DNA from: Phoronis australis
Lineage: Eukaryota; Animalia; Phoronida
NCBI GenBank assembly: GCA_002633005.1
Contig: NMRA01000032.1
Location: 538,911 to 602,910 of the forward strand
DNA length: 64,000 nucleotides
Reading direction: 5' to 3'
In this document: positions 26,201 through 36,500 of the stretch, piece after piece
Layout of the letters: each line of letters starts with the position of its first letter
How positions within the stretch are numbered: position 1 is the stretch's first letter
The notes under the pieces: model-generated
Told to the model about the DNA's origin: nothing
What the model saw: the letters and a program-made list of their open reading frames with translations, nothing else
Database searches by the model: none
Program-made: the position numbers and the translations under genes

Positions 26201-27104
26201 TAAAATACAAAACCAAAAGACAAAATATCAACTTTTGGTTGTAGACTTTTTGAGAAACACACCTCTGGCATTAGTTCGCAGTAAATGTTTAATACTGACG
26301 TAAACTTTATCCTGTCTGTATTTCCTCACATGAACTGCGATATGTTACGACACTACTGGCTAATAACACCGAGCACGTATTTTTGACGTTACATGGGCGA
26401 ATCACAAAGTAGTGGAAAGCATAAATCCGTACGCCTTACATTTTATCGTCTACACGACACTGATATCAACACTCAAACGGTTTCGTCAAAATTCAACGGT
26501 AAGCCTCGGGATTTTGACGAAATTTCCAAAAGGTTTTGCCCATGCCCGTAAACCTGAGTTTCGTGTAGGATTCTTGTTATCTATAGGCGTTTTCAAATGC
26601 CAAAAGTAAACAACTAATAAGCTGACGTGCTGCGGCCGGAACCAGACAATGTTTAGACCGTGACCGCCCATAAAACTCTAGTGTGGGATGTGCAAACTTC
26701 TAAGTTTTTGTCAGTGAGTTTCCAAAAAGGTCAATCGTCGTGGTCATCGTGGTCATTGTTGCCGTTATTATAATGCGGTCACCGTCAAATAGCATCTGCT
26801 GTGCTGTACAGTCATTTCTGGTTGCAGATGCACAAACCGTGGCTGTAAATCCAGTAGCTTTGCTGTATGTAATCTGTTGAGGAAGAGTCCGTTAACCAAG
26901 ATGAAGCTTCCTGAGTCTGGATGTTCGTACTGCTGCAGCGGCAAACTGTGTAACAAGCCAGACTTCCCTCAAGAGTCAACAATGGTAGCTCTCAAACAAT
27001 GGAGCCAGCCCAACAGCGACTCCAACAGCGGTAGCGGAAGTCAGAAGAAAAAGGTCAAAGGGCAAGGGAGAGGAAGAGGGAAAGGAAAGGGTAAAAGCAA
27101 GTGA
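5225..27104 (+). CDS. Secreted C-type lectin / multi-EGF / Ly6(three-finger)-like protein, ~887 aa (fibropellin/Notch-like EGF array); full gene span
   Basis: join(5225-5279,8445-8613,8946-9199,10464-10736,18294-18430,19432-20138,21492-21676,22906-23146,23557-23804,25309-25426,26828-27104): all GT-AG, phases match, 2664 nt with a single terminal stop. Confidence 0.85.
8296..8365 (+). mobile_element. tRNA-derived SINE head / tRNA pseudogene
   Basis: A box TGGTGTAGTGG and B box GGTTCGACCCC at tRNA spacing, but acceptor, D and anticodon stems do not pair. Confidence 0.6.
8445..8613 (+). CDS. Gene 1 exon 2: C-type lectin domain N-half
   Basis: [47 protein letters not shown]; AG/GTAAG boundaries. 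Confidence 0.9.
8946..9199 (+). CDS. Gene 1 exon 3: C-type lectin domain C-half
   Basis: YFVNL...WRW...DECAML...[13 protein letters not shown]; TTTAG/GTAAG boundaries. Confidence 0.9.
10464..10736 (+). CDS. Gene 1 exon 4: partial EGF plus EGF repeats
   Basis: [40 protein letters not shown]...CMCQP; phase 1-1; 5' boundary less certain. Confidence 0.85.
11126..11600 (+). mobile_element. Non-autonomous DNA element, possibly piggyBac-like; second copy at 43131-43614
   Basis: Starts TTAA-CCCTTATT; several hundred bp colinear with 43131 onward (e.g. CCGGAAGTACAATTCATTCAGGAACCCAGGC in both). Right end not identified. Confidence 0.55.
12428..12718. mobile_element. MITE related to CAG(G/T)GGCGGATC family
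   Basis: Ends CAGCGGTGGATCC ... GATCCGCCACTG with internal G/C runs. Confidence 0.5.
14036..14080 (-). ncRNA. Minimal type I hammerhead ribozyme motif (Penelope-type)
   Basis: Minus strand AACAC-CTGACGA-T-GGCCGTAGAATAGACCGACC-GAAAC-GTC-GTGA. Confidence 0.65.
14151..14221 (-). pseudogene. tRNA-Leu(CAA)-like degenerate sequence (SINE head)
   Basis: Minus strand TAGTGGTTAAGGTGCTGGACTCAAAT...GTCGTGGGTTCAAATCCTTCCTCGGACA: D-loop GG, CT-CAA loop, long variable arm, TTCAAATCC B box; 5' acceptor strand missing. Confidence 0.6.
14296..14341 (+). ncRNA. Minimal type I hammerhead ribozyme motif (Penelope-type)
   Basis: ACAC-CTGACGA-T-GGCCGG(AGAATAGA)CCGACC-GAAAC-GTC-GTGT: stem I ACAC/GTGT, stem II, palindromic ACGT stem III, GUC triplet. 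Confidence 0.7.
18294..18430 (+). CDS. Gene 1 exon 5: EGF repeat
   Basis: [25 protein letters not shown]...EGVNCE; CAG/GTGAAT boundaries. Confidence 0.9.
19432..20138 (+). CDS. Gene 1 exon 6: six Ca-binding EGF repeats
   Basis: Six (D/N)EC.S.PC.NG..C.D..N.Y.C.C..G..G..C units. Confidence 0.95.
20609..20969. repeat. Intronic minisatellite, ~71-bp unit, ~5 copies
   Basis: ACGACCCAGGCCCCCGACTCACCGAGACCACCCTCACACCG(G/A)CACATCAC... restarts at 20610, 20681, 20752, ~20827; single N at 20877. Confidence 0.9.
21492..21676 (+). CDS. Gene 1 exon 7: EGF repeats
   Basis: [39 protein letters not shown]...CESGWK. Confidence 0.9.
22906..23146 (+). CDS. Gene 1 exon 8: EGF repeats (absent from ORF track)
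   Basis: [20 protein letters not shown]...[33 protein letters not shown]; TAG/GTAAG boundaries. Confidence 0.9.
23557..23804 (+). CDS. Gene 1 exon 9: EGF repeats
   Basis: [16 protein letters not shown]...[10 protein letters not shown]...[12 protein letters not shown]. Confidence 0.9.
25309..25426 (+). CDS. Gene 1 exon 10: Ly6/three-finger-like domain N-half
   Basis: [40 protein letters not shown]; T-tract CAG acceptor; phase 1-2 fits both neighbours. Confidence 0.75.
26828..27104 (+). CDS. Gene 1 exon 11: Ly6-like C-half and basic tail
   Basis: CTNRGC...[12 protein letters not shown] (CCx4CN signature) then ...[19 protein letters not shown]-stop. Confidence 0.8.
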
Positions 27105-28244
27105 TGAGAAGTTTGGATAACCGCGGAAATACGAATTGTGACTAATTCACCGAATTTTCTGCGGATTTTGCATGTAGTAACAACCAGCATTTATTTTTAT
27201 TGATTGCTGTTTATTATAATACTGTTCTGCTCTGTGGGAAGATATTTTTTATGTTTACCATTGATTAATATAAAATTTGTTCTAAGTAATATTGTGAAAT
27301 TACTTGTTGAATTCTGAATTAATAGATGTCGTTTTAGCAGCACTTTTACTGGTTAGTTGTTTTGTGAGCACATGATAAAGATGACATTTATTACTAGCAA
27401 AATCAGTTTTGAAATGTGTGTTTGTGCATTTCCTGTAGATTTTCAAATATATATAAGTTGTTTACTAAGAAAATAAATTGACGATGTGGCATTTCAGGCT
27501 TGACAATAAATTGATTAAGGAAACCTTGAGCATTGCAGTTATTTCTGTTTCTAGCCTGTTGCAAGAAGATAATATTTCCTGTATAACTTAAATAGACTGA
27601 AGCTTTAAGTAAAGCGTCCAACTCAATACGCCCGTCCTGAAATAGCACAGCACCACTCTCATTCTAAGGTATTTACCCACAATGCAACACATTTTCAAGC
27701 GTCTGTCTTTTAACATGTAAATGAATTGGTAACTTCCTTATTTGTGCAATTCATCACTGTAACGCTGGCATACTTGCACCATTGCATTATGAAGTACACT
27801 ACTGACACCATGAAATTGGCAAAAAGGGCAAGTATCAGTGTTTGGTGTGCGGATTTCCTTGTTAGGCCTATAAGGTTGCCCCGATGATGGAAGGAGAGTG
27901 AATTGATATTGAATCAACTGTCACTGTTATCAAGATTTATTCTAATGATAATAGCCTTTTACATTAGAGTATTCGAACAGCATGCCTTTCATCTTAAAAG
28001 AGATCCTCAGGGTACCCTGTTGCAGGAGCGACCCGGGCCAATCACCCTTTTACACGCTATAAATCCGACACTGTCAACTATTAAAGAGCGAAAGTAAACA
28101 ATTTTCAAATTTGTCATGAAAACGGCACAAGCAACCAAATAAGGGATAGCATTGGCCCTAATCGAAAGATAGAAGAACTTCAAGACCACAATTTGGGAAT
28201 TGCCCAAAAGACAGTATTCCCGGCCAATGACTTTTTTGTAAAGT

Positions 28245-28672
28245 GATATATATTTATTGAAGAATACACAAGACATACAAAGAAATGGTGACAAACCCAG
28301 AAGTCGCGAAGCATTACATCTGGGTTGTAAACAATTCATAAATGAAACTAATATACATAGAGGTATACACATTTAAGTAGTATCTAATATAAGTATACCA
28401 ACATTTAGATATGCTATTGCAAATATATAGAAGCAAAAACATGTACAGATTCATGTATGGAAATCAGAAGCAGCAATATTGATAAACGGTACATAAAAAT
28501 TTGCTAACGTTACTTAGGAGGAATTCATTGAGAACGACGTCAAAGTTAGGACTACCATTCAATAATAATGTAACATTAGTAGGGATAATATTACAAGAAC
28601 TGAGAACATTAACAATTGATTGGTTTTCCCCGAGTGCACGAAAGAGTGAGTCTCTCAGGTATTCGACCAAAA
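28245..28672 (-). mobile_element. 3' end of a non-LTR retrotransposon (CR1/L2-like LINE), 5'-truncated
   Basis: Minus ORF end LRDSLF...LLLNG..NFD...N...L..VSKFL resembles invertebrate LINE ORF2 C-termini; followed by hairpin ACAACCCAGA...TCTGGGTTTGT (28291-28328) and AATAAA (28253-28258). Confidence 0.5.
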
Positions 28673-29360
28673 ACATATTTTACAAAAATGTCATGTCTAA
28701 TAATTACCTCCAGGACGAACACGCTATTAAGAAAATTATTAAGGATAACGTTAAAGTTTGTAAGCCTGATGATAACCTCGATGTCATTATTTATTATCGG
28801 AATAGGAAGTCCTCCAACTTGGTCATGAAAAATAACATTTCTAAAGCTGAAGTCCGCCCCGTTGCACATTGTAGGGTTGTTTATGAGTTTGTATGCTCTA
28901 TGAACGATTGTTTTCGTTCAAACGTCAAGCAATGTTACATTGGTCAAACGGTTTGCGGTCTTTCCCGTCGGTTATCTATACATCTTCAAAATGGCGCCAT
29001 CCAAGATCATTTTCTGCAATGTCACGAACGTAAAATCACCCGTCAAGAAATTGTGGAAAACACGTCAATTCCCTACGTGGAGCACGATGTGCTACGATTG
29101 AAAGTATTAGAATCCCTTTTAATTGCTTTTGAGAAGCCTGTTTTGAATGAGCAGCAAACAGGGTCGCGCAGCACGTTACACTTGTTTGCGTGACTTTCCT
29201 GTTACCCCCTTCCTTAGTCTTTCTTTGCAGTATTTCACACCCGCCGTGTCCCACTGTGTGTGTCAACAGCTTATGCTCTGTGGTGGCATTACTGCGTCAT
29301 TTTATCTTCACTTGAGAATGAAACAAGTATGTTTCGAAATATCGTGTGTCTTTTAATTAT
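28673..29360 (+). mobile_element. 5'-truncated Penelope-like retroelement (Naiad-type): linker, GIY-YIG endonuclease, 3' pLTR
   Basis: ORF to 29193 with VVYEFVCSMNDC...YIGQT...LSRRLSIH...GAIQDH...H...LESLLI...PVLNEQ; hammerhead downstream. Confidence 0.85.
29309..29346 (+). ncRNA. Minimal hammerhead ribozyme, U3-A8 core variant
   Basis: CAC-TTGAGAA-T-GAAACA(AGTA)TGTTTC-GAAAT-ATC-GTG: stem I CAC/GTG, perfect 6-bp stem II, palindromic ATAT stem III; ~115 nt after the GIY-YIG stop. Confidence 0.7.
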
Positions 29361-30432
29361 GTCGCTAGGTCAGTTACTTTATCTATGTTCAGTTGAGAGT
29401 AGAGTTTTGTTCCGAAGGTACGAAAGTAACGGAATAAAGACTGTGAACAATGAAAGGTGTCGTGCGTTTAAACAATTCTTATACATTTTATAAAGTTTGT
29501 CAAAAATGTTATTTTCCAGTACTGTTAAAACAGGAACAAGAGATTTGAATCCTAAAGTCATTTTATTCGTAGCCCAGGATATTGTTTTGGTCACAAAATT
29601 CTTTAATTTTGTTATTCGCAAACTCCACAAGATCGATTCCAGCCCTCAAACTTACTGAGCCGTCGCAGCTATTTGACCAATGCTTTCCTAATTAAGCCAA
29701 AAGTTAATTCCGCACGTCGCCCAGTTCTTTGTAAACCCCCTAAAGATCAGTTTCGTGTTTTGTATAGTTCATGTACTTCCAGTCAAGGAGAGTTCCACAT
29801 GCGTACCGGTCAGGTCACCAGCCTCGCTTTCAGTTGATTCTACCAGAATGTGACAAGAAGCTAACGTCAGGAATATAAAATTACCAATAAAATCACCAAG
29901 CACAGCATAGTTCTGATCAAAGCTAATAAAGAATTCTTCCCTAACAACAGCCATCTCAAAAAATGTTTTCGATCCTAAACCAGATGACGTCCTTTAACTT
30001 CGTGAAAACTTTCATTTTCCTATATTGCTGTCATGTCTGTATACATTTCTACCTGTGTTAAATTAATTACTGAGTGAATATAAGTAACATTGCGTGTAAA
30101 ATGTGCACTAATGTCGTCTTAAAACACAACATAACAGAATTGCATCAGTCCCTTAGGACGCCAGTACTGAATCAAATGCAAATGGCATAATTTCCATCCA
30201 TATTGATATTTGTAGGTGAACCAACACTAGCTGAAAATGCGTAACAGATATGAGTTCAATAAAAAAGTCTATGGAGAATTGAAGACTGCACAGACACTTG
30301 TACAAGCCTCTTTGAAATCGATTTTTGTGATTCAGAGTGGCGTAAGCCGTTTTCAGTTGATTATGTATGCAGGCGACCTCATTTGCTCCAAGTGAATGCA
30401 AGTGATTTAAACATTGAAGGAAATATTTGGAC

Positions 30433-30501
30433 ATGGCTAGAAAATGCTGCGGCTTGCTGAGTTTGAGGACTTGCGCCATTTTGAGTGCAGTGTCCAGTTT
30501 G
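30433..30501 (+). CDS. Gene 2 exon 1
   Basis: MARKCCGLLSLRTCAILSAVSSL; TTG|GTAAGT donor. Confidence 0.8.
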
Positions 30502-33500
30502 GTAAGTACGCCTCAGACGACTTCACAGCAACTCTATACTTGCATTTAATGCAGGGTTAGTTTTGTTAAGCATCCGCATTTTTCGTGGTCTTTCGAATAC
30601 ACTTGCTTTTCCGTTGTGCTTCTCGTGCATTCGATGCCTGGCTGTCATATACCCATCTATTCCGTATAGAGTGCTTAGTTTTCGAACAGAATTTACAGCT
30701 GATATTGTTTGGATTTTTTTCTTTGTAAATAGAAACTAGACTGATGGGTGGGGTGCATTCTTTGAAATGAAAGTCACGTGATCACCATATCTATTTGCAT
30801 AACACTTTCGAATCTTAATCTATTTTATGTCGCTAAGTCCACGTTGGCCCTTAACATGGTGACATGCATGCCGTGAACTATCATGCAAAGATAGACGACA
30901 TTCAAAAATAACGTTTCATGTCATTGTTTCTATTGATCAAGAGATATGCTGTGGTTTAATGAGGGGTAAAGGTGTTTTATGACCATGCAACGGATATTTT
31001 GCCGCGCGTGATTATGAAACTGATGTTTTTATATTAGTCCGTGGGTAGCGTTTTGAACCTCATTGTGAACGCAATGTTGTACTGGTGTGACCGGAGCGGG
31101 GAATTAATGGAAATCGGAGTGGACGTGAGGACCCAGTTAGAGAATATTGGTGATGACCGAAGGGAGGGACAAAAGTTTGTCGAAACGTAAATTCGAGAAA
31201 ACAAAATCTGTCGTGAGCTCTGACATCGATGTTTTTACTTGCGCCAAGCGTGGCGCGGCATTCCCTTCAGCCGCCTGTTCCATTGAGTAATGCACGAATC
31301 AGATTTTCATGGTGAAGTTACCCTACTTGGAGTAGTGGAGCAAAACTTCAATTAACTATCCGCATTGTCAGTTTTCACTGCGGCCTAGCTGAAAATTTCA
31401 CGTGAGTTCCCAAACAACTGATTTGTGCATACATAAAGTCTTCATTGAGTTTAATATCGTAGTTTCATTGTTATGAATGAGTTTATGAAGTCAGTGTTAA
31501 ATTTTTCACAAAAAAGTAAAAACAAATTACTTAAGCAGCATAGAAACCCTTTTGAAATTTCAGATCTAACAAAGTTAAGATTTACCCAGTAACATTTTCT
31601 TTGCTCTTTTCCAGGTATTAAGTATAGGCTGTTTGCTTTTGGCATTCTTCAAGGTACAGTCTGTATACGATATCATTGAAACACAACCGCTCTCCGCCTT
31701 GGCTCTCTCAGAGGTCAAATGTACGTATTCTGAAGTACTCAGTACTTTCCAGTTTTATTTAACCCAAAAGAGTACACGTTAGTGTCTGATAAGATAACAG
31801 ATCAGTACCTGTCAGTAACCGGCTCATTTTACTGACGCTACTTGACTAAAAAATTACGAATCAGTTGCCATAGCTCGCGTAAACTTTCAAATTCCAATGT
31901 CATGTGAATGATTAGTCAAGATTGTGTTCTATCTGACGTTTGAAAGCAGTTTCGCATGTGAACACGGCCCTTAAGATGTTTATTTCGAGAAATGCCATCA
32001 GATTAATTGTTTTTTTAATCGTCAAAAGGCAACATTCCCTACTTGGTGATCAAGCACGATTTGCTCGGGTACGATAGTCGCATGTAACCGCCCAGACTGT
32101 TGCAATGCGTGCGACGCCAAGACATCCTCCAAGCGTTGTTCGTATGGGAACGAACTCCTAGCTGATATGAAATCACATGTGAAAACCATGTAATATAGAA
32201 TATGTTTATGCATACATAAAATCTTAGAACTGACGTGTGGACGCATGGTTCCTCTGATTTTTCACATACGTCATGATCTCTGCATTCTATGTCGCGTTTA
32301 ACAAAAAATACGCCAAATAAGAACATCGTGTGTTTCAAACAATTGAACCAACACGATCGAGTGTCTGCAGCAGCTTGCAGAGTTTCAGGAAACTGAACAT
32401 GCCCTACAATAGAAATTTCCCTGTATCAGGGATATCATTAGATCGATATTGTCAGTCACTAGCAGTTGTATGCCAAGCATTTTCCTATTCAATATTATAC
32501 AAAGCTCTGTGCAAAATGTGTCGTAGAAGTAGACAACTGATAATCGTTCTCACGACGACCTTAATGAGCAATTAATACGGATAATTAACCACAACAAATT
32601 TTAAGTTTACCTTTATTTTAGTAGTTTGATTAACTACGGTAAATACCACTCGTGATACAAATGTCTGTGTGTAGGCTACGTGTAGAGCAAAATCATGTTA
32701 ATGAATCTGTGAGATAACTTAGTACTCGTTATCGTCCAGGCTGGATAGAAATGGCTATCTAAAGACATCGCGTTATCGATCATTACGTTGCCATTGTGAC
32801 GTGACGCAACAATATGAGGATTTGTATCAGATTAGTATAATAAAACGCCGGTGAGCAGCAAGTGTTGCGGTTGGTTGCACTAGATTTCTCCACCGGCTCA
32901 GACGGGACAACCGATCAGACTTAGTTGCTTTTCGACTTCTGGCTTGTAAACCCGGCACTCTGGTTTGAGTTCCGTAGTCGCTAAGTACCTCGCAAAAACG
33001 CAATATTAGGTCAGAGTTTGTGAGACTTCGTCATGTATTATTAGCGAAGCAGGTGATTACACTAGCTTCTTACGCGAGATTTTTACGTCTACAAACACAA
33101 CCGAGACGCCCGTTCCGTAGACGTAATGCACTTGCAAAAGCCCAAAACCACGCGATTTTTCACAAGATAACGCTACCATACCGAGATCCTTCTAGTTTTA
33201 GTACTTAGTGCTGCGTTCCGTAAACGCATTGACCTCGCGAGTAAAACGGTCACGTGCTCCGCGTGTAATGTAAGGCAGTATTGCAAGATTTTACGTTTTC
33301 GCAAGGTTCCTGCTTCCACGTATAGCTGCCCAATGTCTTAGCCAGTCAAGCTTGCAGCATTGGCGTAGTGAATCAATGATGGCACTATCTCTTGCCTCAT
33401 TACCCTGTCGACTTATTGGCATTGCATTTTAGAATGATTCCGTTTACCTGATTAACTATTATGCCTATACAGTGTATGGTGTCTCAGAATGCCTGTTGTA

Positions 33501-36500
33501 ACACTGCCTGAGACTTTTGGTTTAATTTCAACCAAAACTGGAAAATGGATATTCCGTCTACATGACGGTTATTGTTCGCTGTGTAAACTTGATGACTTGG
33601 GCAATTTCCTCGAAAATAATGTTTGACTGGAGATGTGATAAACTTTAAAGAGATTAGCGCCATATTACTGAAACACTATATTTCATCAGTGTCCCCCGCT
33701 ATACTAAAGCCGCTGGACGATAACTGAATTGTTTTACTTACGGAGATGTTTAAGGATGTGCACCTTAATGAGTACCCAGAAACGTGGAAACAGTTGAAGA
33801 TGTTTAATTTCCACACTGCGCTAGACTCCTACAAATAACCCTGGCATTAGCGTAACAAATCTCCTCGCGAAGCTGCGTGACTAAACCTGCAAATTGTTTT
33901 TTTTTTGCTGTTGTTGTTGTGGTGGTGGTGGTGTCGCCTGAGGCCAGAACAGGGTGACGCCGAGAAAGCCAGGAGTAGCGAAGAATAAATACTTGGAGCC
34001 AGGCCGTTAGTTGATATTCCGAATAAATTGAAGAAAGAACTGCAAGTAGCTTTCGTTGACTATGAAGAAGCTTACGATAAAGTCTCACAGAAAGTTCCTA
34101 CTGTTGAAACTAAAGCAATGGGCGACGTCATGAATGTTTTTGGGAACAATATCCAAGTTGTTAAGTCAAGCCGTGCACAAAATTGGCGAGAAAAGCTTCA
34201 CTCCGATGGGAAACACGGTGGATGTGCAAGTTGTCCTCTTTTCAGCCTTTCACTGACGCACCAGCTGACGCAGCTATCGCCCCGGGAAGCGACGGTTGAT
34301 GTCTATTCGTATGACGTCATCGTGAAATTTCATGTCCCGCTATGTTATCAAGCTCCAATATGACAAAACTTCGACGCAAAACTATCAGTGACTAATCTGT
34401 TAGTTGAAACAAAAAGTCTTTTTCAAGTGTTTTATAAGACAGTCAATGTCGTAAAACAACGACTGCTGTAAAGAGTTTTGCAAATTGTGCAGAACCCATT
34501 ATCCGGCGATTCAGTATTTAGGCAAACGGTTGCTTATATAGCTTTTCACCTTTTGGAAGGCCTTTATCCATGATTGCATTTGTTAGAAAATCAATGTTTC
34601 TTTCACATTGCAGCTATCACACGTTAGTTTATAAAAATTGCTATAATTGTGTATTTGTGTGATGCAAACCTGCATTACGAACGCATGTAAGTGTGCTTAA
34701 TGCCATGAATAATAATCAATAATAATTTCTGACGTTTTCCAACCATGATTCGTTCCAGCTCATGCTAACATCATGTACATCGCTTATGGCTGCTACTCAG
34801 CTTGGATCTTATCAACCGCCCCCATGGCAATCGGCATTTTCCTGGTGAGTTTGGTCTTAAAGTTGTTACAGAAACTGGCATCTTTAATGAGCAGTTGTCA
34901 TTAAAAGGAATCGTTATCGGGTTGCTGCTGGTGGGGCAATTTTATCATAAGACTTTCAACAAAAGCGTTAATGTTCGACGTATATTTAGAAAAGCAGCAT
35001 AAAGCATATCAATTTCTGTTTCCGGAGATAAGAAGAAGATTAGCAAGAGTCAGTTCTTCACATTTCGGATGGTGATCGCTTCTCTGTTACAGCCGCCTAA
35101 ACAGAAGCACATCTGGGAAAAATCTGGCAGACCTGTTTGTGTTTGCCTTATTTTACTGTTATTTAAGTTGCTTAGAAAAGTGGGTCGGGTGTTCACGGAA
35201 AGCTCATTACATATGATGGTAGTTGAGTGAAGGATACCCATAATGCATGAATCAGGTGTCACTCATGACGGCAGCCATTTTATGTGGTGGTGCACCGCCA
35301 AAATATTAAACTTAAAAAACCACTTCAAATTTTCTTCTTAAGTTGCAAAATATTTGGAGTTGTGTTGAATGTGCATTATTTGAGTTTAAGTTACAACTGA
35401 ACTAGCTTGTGTAAACATCTGTTTGATGAAATTTTTAACTAAAATGAAACAAAAAGAGTATCTTTAACAAGCTTTTATGGCTGATAACCATATATTTCAC
35501 ACTGGCACGACCGTTACAGTGTTTAGTGGCTAGATTTCTCTATCATTGGTAATTGAATATAAACATGTGGAATGTGATATGCGAATATGAGTTTAATCAT
35601 GAAACTGTTCTGTCGCTTCATTTCTATTAATTTTATAGCCATAAACTGACATAGCATACATTTGTGCTTCAGGAAAAGCGACTCCTCTTCATCCCATGGC
35701 TTATAGTTACTATTGCCATCGCCATCGTCTCCGTGGCGCTGCTGTCGATTGTGATCGTTTACTTGACATGTAAGACGTTTTTCCATATAATAAATCCTTA
35801 GTGTCTATAGTTAGGCGGATCCAAGCATTCCCCTTCTAAATAAATCACGACACACATTGGAAAAATAGTGTATGAATTTTTGTTTAAAACGGAGTGTAAC
35901 AACAATTTGGAGATTCATTTTTTCTACCTAATAATTATGCCTACTTTTACTATTTCACCTAAAAGGACACTGGCGTTCGCTCAAATTAATAGACATTTTA
36001 AGAAAACATTACAAAGTTCTCATACTAGTATAGGTGTAGCATTCAGCCCCGAGCTGGTTGTGGAAGTGTCTTTCCAAGCTGGATGTGTGAGTACCCTTCC
36101 GCCTGGTCTTGGGAGTAGCCTACCACACGAGCTTGGTACCTCCTTTGAGCTGGATCCGAAGTACCTCCCCAACACCCCCATCCCCAAACTGCTCTTTGCG
36201 GGAATACCACCCGAGTAGCTGTACGAATGCACATCGAATTGGCTTTGGAACTACTTTACCTCCCTCGGTGTTGGAGCTTTCTCGGGCTGGCCTTGAGATG
36301 ACTTCTCGAGTTGACTGTGGAAGTACCGCCACGACCTCCTCCTCCCACCCTCCCTGATTAGGCCTTGCAAGTACCTGACCTTACCTTGGGTGTTAATTGC
36401 GGGAGTAGTCTTTCGAACTCTGGCCCTGGTTTTCGCCGCAAATGCCTCGTGAGTGTCTTGCGGGATGTGCAGGATGTGCCCCTGTATATGTACATGTGCG

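Noticed and set aside
28501-28672. N-terminus of a standalone GIY-YIG gene
   Set aside because: TTG start and sequence better explained as antisense LINE 3' end; PLE-like sequence starts ~28673.
29190-29310. SECIS element or Sec read-through in the Naiad fragment
   Set aside because: No internal TGA and no AUGA...AA...GA stem-loop visible by eye.
31150-31190. Hammerhead-like GTGATGA...GAAACGTA
   Set aside because: Core is not adjacent to stem II and there is no stem I.
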